DNA of 64,000 nt from an uncultured Verrucomicrobiae bacterium (GTDB taxonomy: Bacteria; Verrucomicrobiota; Verrucomicrobiia; Limisphaerales; UBA8199), in the NCBI GenBank assembly GCA_963809845.1, contig CAWELO010000014.1:221307-285306 (forward strand), in the 5' to 3' direction. Positions 9,356 through 17,432 of the stretch are shown here, piece after piece (the stretch's first letter is position 1; every line of letters starts with the position of its first letter). A program made the position numbers and the translations under genes. The notes beneath the pieces were generated by a model. That model was not told the origin of the DNA. It searched no databases and worked only from the letters and a program-made list of their open reading frames with translations.

Positions 9356-10533
9356 ATAGAGCGCCATTATTAAGAAGTGTAGTGATGTTGAGCGTCCTGT
9401 CCGCCGGGCTGTTGGCCCAGGCACAGGTCGATGTCACCGGCTATTCCACCCGCGGCCCGGGCAATGAGAAGCCGATATTGGTTTCAATGACGGGTATCAC
9501 CGGTGAAGCCGCGCAAGTGCTGCAGTTCGATCTCTACGTTCAGGGCTTCGCCTTCACCACGGCGGAGAGTGCGCAATACCTCATCGACGGCAGCAGCAAC
9601 GGGAACCTAAAAGCGCGCGCCAGCGACCGGTTCAACAAGAACATCCTGGTCTCGAAAGAGTATTCCGGGGCTTCGCTGCGCCGGCAGGCGCACGCGTTCG
9701 CGGATGATTTTGTCCAGGCGCTGGGCCGCAAAGGCATCGCTCAAACCAAGATCGCTTACAAAGGCGAAATCGGGATGAACGGTGAAATCTTCATCGCCGA
9801 TTTCGACGGACACAATTCCCAGCAGGTGACCCGGGACAATACCATCGTGGCGGCGCCGTGCTGGGTGCCGGGGCACATGGCGCTGTATTACACCTCCTAC
9901 AAGCTCGGCCACCCGGACATCTTTTCACAAAACCTGGTGAGTGGAGCGCGCCATGTGTTCGCGCGCTTCGGTGGCTCGAATATCAGCCCCGCCGTGTCGC
10001 CGGACGGCAGCAAAGTGGCGATGATCCTGAGCAAGGACGGTTGGACCGATTTGTATGTGGGCGATACCGACGGCGGCGGGCTCAAGCGCCTGACCAAGTC
10101 GCCCCAGGACGAGTCCTCGCCCTGCTGGTCGCCCGACGGTCAATGGATTTGCTATGCCTCGAAAGAGCACGAGCGGCAATCGCTCTCGAAGATCTCGCCC
10201 AACGGCGGTCCGGCGCATCGGATTCCCATCGCGCTGGGCGCCAATCCCACCGAGCCGGATTGGTCCCCCGATGGCAAGTGGATCGCCTTCACCGCGCAGT
10301 ACCGGGATTTTGCCATCTGCATCGTCCCCGCCGGAGGCGGTGAGGCCATCAATTTGACGGCGGGCGAGGACCCTTCGTGGGCGCCCAATTCGCGCACGTT
10401 AATCTTCGCGCGACGTCAAGGCCAGACCGGTGGTTACGTGCTCTCTCTGCTTGACGTGTTCACCAAACAAGTAAAGGATGTAGCCCGGATTTCGGGAAGC
10501 AACTCCCAATCGCAACCCAGTTGGGCTCGCTAG
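9352..10533 (+). CDS. tolB: Tol-Pal system beta-propeller protein TolB
   Basis: ATGA overlap with the upstream gene. Signal peptide, and repeated SPDG blades (VSPDGSKVAM, WSPDGQWICY, WSPDGKWIAF). Confidence 0.85.
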   Translation: MNRAPLLRSVVMLSVLSAGLLAQAQVDVTGYSTRGPGNEKPILVSMTGITGEAAQVLQFDLYVQGFAFTTAESAQYLIDGSSNGNLKARASDRFNKNILVSKEYSGASLRRQAHAFADDFVQALGRKGIAQTKIAYKGEIGMNGEIFIADFDGHNSQQVTRDNTIVAAPCWVPGHMALYYTSYKLGHPDIFSQNLVSGARHVFARFGGSNISPAVSPDGSKVAMILSKDGWTDLYVGDTDGGGLKRLTKSPQDESSPCWSPDGQWICYASKEHERQSLSKISPNGGPAHRIPIALGANPTEPDWSPDGKWIAFTAQYRDFAICIVPAGGGEAINLTAGEDPSWAPNSRTLIFARRQGQTGGYVLSLLDVFTKQVKDVARISGSNSQSQPSWAR

Positions 10534-10554
10534 TCCAATCCAACGACGACAAAC

Positions 10555-11145
10555 ATGAAACTGACCAAATTTACCACCCTGGGGGTCTTCGGCTTGGCCC
10601 TGATCCTCTCGGTGTCGGCCTGCCGCAAGAACCCCAGTTACCTGACGCGCATTCCGGGCGCCAGGACGGAAGCCGCCACCGACAATCCACCGGCGCCACC
10701 GCTGACGCCCGATCAGCCGGTGCACCAAGGCACCAACGACTTCAGCGGCATACCCTTCACCGGACCCGACCGCAGCAATTGGGTCGCTCACGCGGACATC
10801 CTGGCGGCGGACACGGTGCATTTTGACTTCGACAGCTCGGTGGTGAAGTCGGCCGAGGAGCCCCTGGTATCGGCCGTGGCGGAGTATTTGAAGGCCAACC
10901 CGGTCCCCGCGGTGCGAATCGAAGGGCATTGCGACGAACGCGGCACCGAGGAATACAACCGCTCGCTCGGTGACCGCCGGGCGTTGGCCTTGCGCGAACG
11001 CCTGGCTGGAATGGGTGTGGATCCCGCTCGTATCGAGACGTTGACCTACGGCAAGGATCGCCCGGTCGATCCCGGCCATAATGAAAGCGCCTGGCGAAAG
11101 AATCGCCGCGGTGAATTCATCGTGCTGACGCCACCCTCTCCTTGA
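10555..11145 (+). CDS. pal: peptidoglycan-associated lipoprotein Pal (OmpA family)
   Basis: Lipobox SVSAC. OmpA-like domain HFDFDSSVV...IEGHCDERGTEEYNRSLGDRRA. Confidence 0.85.
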   Translation: MKLTKFTTLGVFGLALILSVSACRKNPSYLTRIPGARTEAATDNPPAPPLTPDQPVHQGTNDFSGIPFTGPDRSNWVAHADILAADTVHFDFDSSVVKSAEEPLVSAVAEYLKANPVPAVRIEGHCDERGTEEYNRSLGDRRALALRERLAGMGVDPARIETLTYGKDRPVDPGHNESAWRKNRRGEFIVLTPPSP

Positions 11146-11207
11146 GCGGGTGCCCTCGTTTTACCCGGCTTCACCTCACGGACCATCGACCCAAATCTTT
11201 TTAAGCA

Positions 11208-11795
11208 ATGAAACTCGCCCATTCCGGCAAAATTATTGTCCTCGGGATCGCCCTCACTCTGGCCGCCGGCTGCAAACACCGCCCGCCACCCACCACCCCG
11301 CTCGGCAGCAGAGGCGCGCTCACGGGCGACACTTCGGGTCCAGGCCCCGGCGCGGCGATTCCCGGCGCGACGGGCGACAACATCTCGGGGACCGCGCTGA
11401 CCGGCATTCCCCAGGGGGCAGGTCACCCTGGCTGGCCGGAGGACGCCTCGGCCTTCCAGGCGGACACCGCCCACTTTGACTTCGACAGTTCCGTCGTAAA
11501 ATCGGAGGACCAGCCGAAACTTTCCGCGGTGGCTGACTTTTTGAAGGCCAATGCGGCGGATGCGGTGAAGATCGAAGGCCACTGCGACGAACGCGGCACT
11601 GAGGAATACAACCGCTCGCTGGGCGAGCGCCGGGCCTTGGCCTTGCGCGAAGCGCTGGTCGGCCTGGGGATCGATCCCAACCGCGTGGACACCATCAGCT
11701 ACGGCAAAGATCGGCCCGAGGACCCCGGGCACAACGACGCCGCCTGGCGCAAAAACCGTCGCGGGGTTTTCATCCTCCTGACCCCGCCGAAGTAA
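11208..11795 (+). CDS. second Pal/OmpA-family lipoprotein (tandem paralogue)
   Basis: Lipobox LAAGC. The OmpA-like domain aligns residue for residue with the preceding Pal (IEGHCDERGTEEYNRSLGERRA). Confidence 0.85.
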   Translation: MKLAHSGKIIVLGIALTLAAGCKHRPPPTTPLGSRGALTGDTSGPGPGAAIPGATGDNISGTALTGIPQGAGHPGWPEDASAFQADTAHFDFDSSVVKSEDQPKLSAVADFLKANAADAVKIEGHCDERGTEEYNRSLGERRALALREALVGLGIDPNRVDTISYGKDRPEDPGHNDAAWRKNRRGVFILLTPPK

Positions 11796-11859
11796 AGGCG
11801 GCGGGCGCAGGAAAGTAGAGGAAGTGGCTGGCTGGTTGAGCTGCCGCGTAGCGGCGTCC

Positions 11860-11936
11860 GATGGTAGCCGTGGACTTCGGTCCATGCCTTCTGGGCACCG
11901 AATGGAAACTGCGTCCCGCCGCGACGCTTGAGGGGG
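11860..11936 (+). repeat. ~75-bp hairpin repeat, family B copy 1
   Basis: GATGGTAGCCGTGGACTTCGGTCCATG...GCGACGC..GGGGG matches 34034-34109. Confidence 0.7.
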
Positions 11937-11967
11937 TGCGGATAATCCCACCGCGATCGAGGCAGGG

Positions 11968-12104
11968 CGAGCGCATCCCGGCAGTACCGCCGCCGAACGC
12001 GGCCAGACGCCGGAGCGCCGGCTTTGAGCCGGCTTAGCGCGTCCAATATCCAGTGGAGCACGATAAGATTCCCGAGCGCCGTAAGCCCGCTCCAGGCCGG
12101 CGCC
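11968..12104 (-). repeat. family A repeat copy 2 (inverted orientation)
   Basis: The reverse complement aligns along its length with 2965-3120 and 56408-56559. Confidence 0.75.
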
Positions 12105-12168
12105 AGGGCAAGGATCGAGAGGCGATATGAGATTGCCGAACGGCGACATTTGAGGTAACACCCGTGCC

Positions 12169-12882
12169 ATGAACAAGCCTTTCGGGATGCTGGTTGCCGC
12201 GCTGTTGCTGGCGGTGCTCGGGACACGGCCGGGCTGGTGCCAGGCCGTCAATCCCGCCGAAGCCGCCCATCGCTGGGAGCCGGAAATCAGGAGCTTCACC
12301 GCATCCGATCTGACCAATCCGCCGCCCCGGCATGCGGTGCTGTTCCTCGGCAGTTCGAGCATTCGGTTATGGCCCAAGATCGAGCAGGCCTTTCCCGGAC
12401 ACACCGTTTTCAAACGCGGCTTTGGTGGTTCAGAGCTGTCGGATTCAGTCGCCTACGCCGGCCAGATCGTGCTCCCGTATAAGCCAAACCTGGTCCTGCT
12501 TTATGCCGGCGACAACGACCTGGCCAACGGCAAGTCACCCGAGCGGGTCCTGGCGGACTTCAAAGCCTTTGTGCAAAGGGTTCAGGCCGCCTTGCCGGAA
12601 ACCCGCATCGCCTATCTCGCCGTTAAACCTTCAATTGCGCGGCGCCGTTTGCTGGCCCAAATCCGCGCCACCAATCGTCTGATCAAGGACTACACAGAGT
12701 CCGCGCCCGGGCTCACGTTTGTCGATGTGTTTACGCCGATCCTTGGCCCGTCGGGCGAGCCGCAGCCTGAGTTGTTCGCTCCGGACGGGCTCCATCTGAA
12801 CCCGCGGGGCTACGCGCTCTGGGCCTCGGTCATCACGCCCGTTTTGGACAAATACGACGCGGGCGGGATCAAGGGCCGCTGA
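12169..12882 (+). CDS. SGNH/GDSL-family hydrolase
   Basis: Signal peptide. Block I FLGSSSI, block II GFGGS, block III GDND, block V DGLHL. Confidence 0.85.
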   Translation: MNKPFGMLVAALLLAVLGTRPGWCQAVNPAEAAHRWEPEIRSFTASDLTNPPPRHAVLFLGSSSIRLWPKIEQAFPGHTVFKRGFGGSELSDSVAYAGQIVLPYKPNLVLLYAGDNDLANGKSPERVLADFKAFVQRVQAALPETRIAYLAVKPSIARRRLLAQIRATNRLIKDYTESAPGLTFVDVFTPILGPSGEPQPELFAPDGLHLNPRGYALWASVITPVLDKYDAGGIKGR

Positions 12883-13128
12883 CGAGGCAACGCCTCAAAC
12901 CGCGGCCCCGAGGGAAGCTCGTGACTCGGGAGGCCGAAGGCCTCGAATGTGAATAGCTCCGGGTGAAACCCGGAGCTCTAGGTGCGATACGGCTCGGCAA
13001 CCGCGGAAGCGGTTGAACGATACGCTCCGCCTCACTGCCGAACCGGCTTTGGATAGTTCCCGTGCGAGAATCTTGTTTATCCCAAGGGTGTTCTTTGGAA
13101 TCATCACGAGGCAAGAAGTACCTAACTC

Positions 13129-14157
13129 ATGTCAGCATACGACGAACTGCAGGAACGACTCAGAGGCACGCCCCGGAGCTGGCTGGTCACCGGCGCGGCG
13201 GGGTTTATCGGCTCGAACCTGGTCGAGACCTTGCTGGGCCTGGATCAGCGGGTGATCGGCCTGGACAACTTCTCGACCGGGCACCGGAAGAATCTCGAGG
13301 AGGTCCGCGGGCGGGTTCCATCCGTGCGATGGGGGCGGTTCCGTTTCATTGAAGGCGACATTGCCGAGGTGGCGGTCTGCCAGAGCGCCTGCGCGGAGGC
13401 CGAGCTGGTGCTGCACCAGGCGGCGCTGGGTTCGGTGCCGGCTTCGATGGCGAACCCTCTGGGCGCGCACCGCAGCAACGTCACCGGCTTTCTGAACATG
13501 CTCGTGGCGGCCCGGGACGCGAAATCGAGCCGGTTCGTCTATGCTTCGAGCAGCGCGGTTTATGGTGATGAACCCCAGCTCCCGAAGGTGGAACATCGGA
13601 TCGGCAAGCCCCTCTCGCCCTATGCGGCCAATAAGGCGATCGATGAAATCTATGCGGACACGTTTGCGACGGCCTACGGGTTGAGCTCGATCGGGCTTCG
13701 CTATTTCAACGTGTTCGGCCCCCGGCAGGATCCTGAAGGCGCGTATGCCGCGGTGATCCCCAAGTGGATCGCCGCGCTGCTCAAGCGCGAGCCGGTGTAT
13801 ATCAATGGGGATGGCGAAACCAGCCGGGATTTCTGCTACATCCAAAATGTGGTCCAGGCCAATCTCCTGGCCGCGACTGTTTCGGAGCCGGCCGCCGTGA
13901 ATCAGATCTATAACGTGGCCCTGGGGCAGCGCACCACGCTCAACGAGTTGTTCGGAACCATCCAGGAGAGCTTGCGCGCCCAGGATGCGAACCTCCCCAA
14001 GCAGAAGCCGGTTTATCGTGATTTCCGCGCAGGCGACGTGCGCCACTCGCTGGCGGATATCGGCAAGGCCCGGCGGCTGCTCGGCTACGAACCGACGCAT
14101 GGCATTGGCCAAAGCCTGGACCTGGCCATGCGTTGGTACCGGGAAAATGTCGTCTGA
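13129..14157 (+). CDS. NAD-dependent sugar-nucleotide epimerase/dehydratase (WbpP/TviC-like UDP-GlcNAc 4-epimerase family)
   Basis: Rossmann motif [12 protein letters not shown] and catalytic SPYAANKA (YxxxK). 342 aa. Confidence 0.85.
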   Translation: MSAYDELQERLRGTPRSWLVTGAAGFIGSNLVETLLGLDQRVIGLDNFSTGHRKNLEEVRGRVPSVRWGRFRFIEGDIAEVAVCQSACAEAELVLHQAALGSVPASMANPLGAHRSNVTGFLNMLVAARDAKSSRFVYASSSAVYGDEPQLPKVEHRIGKPLSPYAANKAIDEIYADTFATAYGLSSIGLRYFNVFGPRQDPEGAYAAVIPKWIAALLKREPVYINGDGETSRDFCYIQNVVQANLLAATVSEPAAVNQIYNVALGQRTTLNELFGTIQESLRAQDANLPKQKPVYRDFRAGDVRHSLADIGKARRLLGYEPTHGIGQSLDLAMRWYRENVV

Positions 14158-14158
14158 A

Positions 14159-14190
14159 ACCGCTTGGGTTGCGGTGTCCTTTGTTTTTTC
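14159..14190 (+). terminator. weak intrinsic terminator after the epimerase gene
   Basis: ACCGC-TTGGGTT-GCGGT hairpin followed by GTCCTTTGTTTTTTC. Confidence 0.4.
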
Positions 14191-14354
14191 GTCAGATACC
14201 CTTGCCCCGCAGATTCTGGCGCGAGCCCGCTGCTCGATGACAGCCCTGCCGTAATGAGCCAATCTTGAGGAGCCGACCTCCGGCGGCATCGCGTCCAACG
14301 TTCTCATTGCCATCTTCCTGGCGCCCGTGTGGTGGCATGCTTCGCCGGGCTGAA

Positions 14355-14470
14355 GGGGGGGGCGGGCGGCGGGCGGCGGGCGGAGGGCGGACGGTCGGAC
14401 GGTCGGACGGTCGGGCGGTCGGGCGGTCGGGCGGTGGGCGGTCGGGCGGTCGGGCGGTTGGGCGGTTGGG
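14355..14470. repeat. G-rich 7-8-nt microsatellite (GGGCGGY / GGTCGGRC units)
   Basis: About 14 tandem units, e.g. GGTCGGGC GGTCGGGC GGTCGGGC. The array ends about 30 nt from the 3' end of tRNA-Val. Confidence 0.85.
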
Positions 14471-14502
14471 AGGAAGGGGGGCTCGAGCTTTTTGGAAAGA
14501 AA

Positions 14503-14577
14503 TGGTGCGCGCTGCAGGATTTGAACCTGCGGCCCCTTCCGTGTGAAGGAAGTGCTCTTCCACTGAGCTAAGCGCGC
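14503..14577 (-). tRNA. tRNA-Val (anticodon CAC), CCA encoded
   Basis: The reverse complement GCGCGCTTAGCTCAGTGGAAGAGCACTTCCTTCACACGGAAGGGGCCGCAGGTTCAAATCCTGCAGCGCGCACCA folds as a cloverleaf. It has a 7-bp acceptor stem, anticodon stem CTTCC/GGAAG with loop TTCACAC, and T arm GCAGG-TTCAAAT-CCTGC. Confidence 0.95.
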
Positions 14578-14927
14578 ATTTGAAGCAAAAGGCCTCTCAG
14601 AACTGCCTGATTTCATAGGTCTTTTGCAACTTTACCGAGGGGTCAGCTTCGGCTGTTTTTTCTCCGCTTGCAAGACCAAAAAACCGCCAAGGTCGGTCCA
14701 AAATTCAGAAAAGAGGTGCTCTCAAAAGAGGTCCTCTCAGGCGATAATAACTCTGAACCTCTTCTCTTCGAGAACGAACCTGAAGCCCGCAGCCAGTATC
14801 ACGCTCGGCTTCTCCACTGGAAGCAAACTTCGCAACCCAACCGGTCTTGGGAACCGACCGATTTGCCACGCCTGGGCGTGACGTTCTTAAGCTGGTTTTG
14901 TCAGTTTCAGAGCGACCCCGAGTGGCC

Positions 14928-15995
14928 ATGATTTCATTCATCGTTCCAGCCCATAACGAGGAGGCGTGCCTTGGCCGCACTTTGCGGGCGATTCAGCAGT
15001 CTGCGCGCATCATAGGTCAGCCGTTCGAGATTATTGTTGTGGATGATGCCTCCACCGACGCGACGGCTGAAATCGGCCGGCAACACCAAGCGCGTGTGGT
15101 GAGCGTGAATCACCGGCAGATTGCCGCCACCCGCAACTCGGGCGCACGGGCATGCAGTGGCGAATGGCTTTTCTTTGTGGACGCGGATACGACGATTAAC
15201 CCCCGGGCAGTAGCTTCCGCCCTGAGAGCGATGGAACAGGGCGCTGTGGGCGGCGGCGGAATGGCATGGGTGGACATGAACGAGAGCGTGCCACTGTACG
15301 CCCGGCTCTTGTTCGTTATGTTGTGCTTCGCCCCGAAATTTGCCGGTTTTACTGGCGGCGCTTTCATGTTCTGCACACGCGCAGCGTTTCATACGACCGG
15401 CGGATTCAATGAACGACTTTACTGGGCAGAAGAAGGTGGCTTTGCCCTCGCACTGAAACGTGAAGGCCGATTCTTCGTGCCGTGGCAACACGTTCTTACC
15501 TCGGGACGGCGCGTACGCACCATGTCGGGCGGGCAGTTGCTCATGGGCGCCGTCCAGTTGATGTTCTCACCGGTCAAATTCTTCACCCAACGCTCGTCCG
15601 TCGAAAAAGTATGGTATGACTCAAATCGCACAGACGACGACAAAATGCCCAACTCCGTTGGCGTTCAGATTTCCAACGGCATCGCGCTGGTGATTGTGAT
15701 GGTGGTGGTCACGGGACCGGTCTGGGATTTCATCCCGTGGAGCCTCACCCCCTGGGATAGCCTGCTAGGCAAATACCGGTATTGTATTAGCATCTTTCTC
15801 TGTCATCTGGGGGCGCTCGGTTGGTTGATTGGGCTGGTCCTCTTCGTGAACGTTTTGCGGCAAAAGCGTTGGACGGGATTGATTCAATCCGCGGCCCTGA
15901 TTGGTATTTGTTTTTGGCAAGCCTCGAAATGTACTGATGGCCTCGTTCGGATTTGGACCCACTTCTTCCTTTGGCTTGCGCATCACTATAACTAG
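14928..15995 (+). CDS. family 2 glycosyltransferase with C-terminal multi-TM extension
   Basis: MISFIVPAHNEE, VDDASTD and FVDAD (DxD). The last ~110 aa are hydrophobic TM segments. Start taken at ATG 14928. Confidence 0.85.
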   Translation: MISFIVPAHNEEACLGRTLRAIQQSARIIGQPFEIIVVDDASTDATAEIGRQHQARVVSVNHRQIAATRNSGARACSGEWLFFVDADTTINPRAVASALRAMEQGAVGGGGMAWVDMNESVPLYARLLFVMLCFAPKFAGFTGGAFMFCTRAAFHTTGGFNERLYWAEEGGFALALKREGRFFVPWQHVLTSGRRVRTMSGGQLLMGAVQLMFSPVKFFTQRSSVEKVWYDSNRTDDDKMPNSVGVQISNGIALVIVMVVVTGPVWDFIPWSLTPWDSLLGKYRYCISIFLCHLGALGWLIGLVLFVNVLRQKRWTGLIQSAALIGICFWQASKCTDGLVRIWTHFFLWLAHHYN

Positions 15996-16061
15996 TGCGC
16001 GGGGCGTCGCGGTTCCCCTGCGATGATTGACTTGGCGCGGGCGTGGGAGCAATCTGCGCGG

Positions 16062-17432
16062 ATGAATCACGTCCGCAGCTTTTTCGGTTCCGCCACCAGG
16101 CGCAGGCAGCTCCATTCGGGCGCAGGTCTGGCCCTTTCCGCGATCGTCTTTGCCGGGGTCTTCCAGGCGCGCGCGGACTGGCCGGAGTTCCGCGGGCCGT
16201 CGGGAGATGGGCATGCCGGCGCGGCGGCCGACGGCAAACCGCTGGGGCTACCCCTGTATTGGAGCGAGACCAGCAATATCACTTGGAAAACGGAGATTCC
16301 CTATCGTGGATGGTCCACGCCGGTCGTGATGGGGGGCCAGGTTTGGCTGACCACGGCCACGGAGGATGGGCATGACTTTTTCGCTCTCGGGATCGATGCC
16401 GCGACCGGCCGGGTGCGCTTCAATGAAAAGTTGTTCCACAGCGACAATCCGGAACCGCTGGGCAACGGCGCCTCGATGAACTGCTATGCGACGCCTTCCC
16501 CGGTGATCGAGCCGGGGCGGCTGTATGTGCATTTTGGCAGGTTTGGGACCGCTTGCCTGGACACCACCACGGGCAAGGCGCTTTGGAAACGGGAGGACCT
16601 GCAATGCCGCCATTACCGGGGCCCATCCTCTTCGCTGGTCTCGTTCGAGAACCGCGTCATCCTGACGATGGACGGTGTGGACGTGCAGTACCTCGTGGCG
16701 CTCGACAAGCAGACGGGCAAGACGGTCTGGAAAACCGATCGCTCGGTGGCCTGGAATGACGAAAACGTGCCGGGTCCCATGGCGCGCGACGGGGATTTGC
16801 GCAAAGCGCACAGCACACCGCTCATCGTTGAGAGCGGGGGAAGGGCATTGATGCTGAGCGCAGGCGCCAAAGCCGCCTACGGGTACGATCCCCGCACGGG
16901 CCGGGAGCTTTGGCGGGTTCAATACCCCGATTGGTCGGTGGCCCCACGACCGCTCTATGAGAATGGGCTCGCCTTCTTTGTTACCGGCCTTGCCAAGCGA
17001 GAGCTTTGGGCCGTCAAAACCGATGGGCAGGGTGACGTGAGCGATACGCATGTGGCTTGGAAGCTGGGCCGGCATATCGGCGTTTACAGTTCGCCCATTC
17101 TGGTGGATGGACTGATTTACACCGCCGCTGACGAGAACTACGTCACGTGTGTGGAAGCGGCCACCGGCCAGCTCGTTTGGACCGATCGGATCGGGGGCAA
17201 ATACGCCGCGTCGCCGATCTACGCCGACGGGCGGCTCTACTTTTTCAGCCAGCAAGGCACGGCCACGGTGCTCAGACCGGGCCGCAGCTTGTCGGTGCTG
17301 GCCACCAACACACTGGCGGACGGTTTCATGGCCTCACCCGCGGTGAGCGGCAGGGCCTTGTTTTTGAGGACCAAGACGCACCTCTACCGCGTCGAGTCAT
17401 CCGCCTCGGACCGTGTCAGTCGGCAGGATTGA
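16062..17432 (+). CDS. PQQ-like beta-propeller repeat protein (BamB-like fold)
   Basis: Signal peptide, then ADWPEFRGPSGDGH...GWSTPVVMGGQVWL and repeated propeller blades. Start at ATG 16062 (alternative 16023). Confidence 0.8.
   Translation: MNHVRSFFGSATRRRQLHSGAGLALSAIVFAGVFQARADWPEFRGPSGDGHAGAAADGKPLGLPLYWSETSNITWKTEIPYRGWSTPVVMGGQVWLTTATEDGHDFFALGIDAATGRVRFNEKLFHSDNPEPLGNGASMNCYATPSPVIEPGRLYVHFGRFGTACLDTTTGKALWKREDLQCRHYRGPSSSLVSFENRVILTMDGVDVQYLVALDKQTGKTVWKTDRSVAWNDENVPGPMARDGDLRKAHSTPLIVESGGRALMLSAGAKAAYGYDPRTGRELWRVQYPDWSVAPRPLYENGLAFFVTGLAKRELWAVKTDGQGDVSDTHVAWKLGRHIGVYSSPILVDGLIYTAADENYVTCVEAATGQLVWTDRIGGKYAASPIYADGRLYFFSQQGTATVLRPGRSLSVLATNTLADGFMASPAVSGRALFLRTKTHLYRVESSASDRVSRQD

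Noticed and set aside
11046-12413. 455-aa minus-strand ORF spanning pal2 and the A/B repeats
   Set aside because: It is antisense to pal2 and reads through repeat elements. It has no motifs.
12879-12900. Hammerhead-like CTGACGAGGC...GCCTCAAAC
   Set aside because: CTGA includes the SGNH stop codon. The sequence after stem II is TCAAAC rather than the required GAAA core, and no stem I/III partners are present.
14503-14577. tRNA-Val as an integration site of a genomic island (lower-GC GT2 region, repeats)
   Set aside because: There is no integrase and no visible duplicated tRNA 3' segment. The flanking genes are ordinary envelope-biosynthesis genes.
13132-14616. 494-aa ORF antisense to the epimerase gene, running through the microsatellite and the tRNA
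   Set aside because: The composition is that of an out-of-frame GC-rich shadow. It would read through a tRNA gene and a simple repeat (PTARPPDRPT..).
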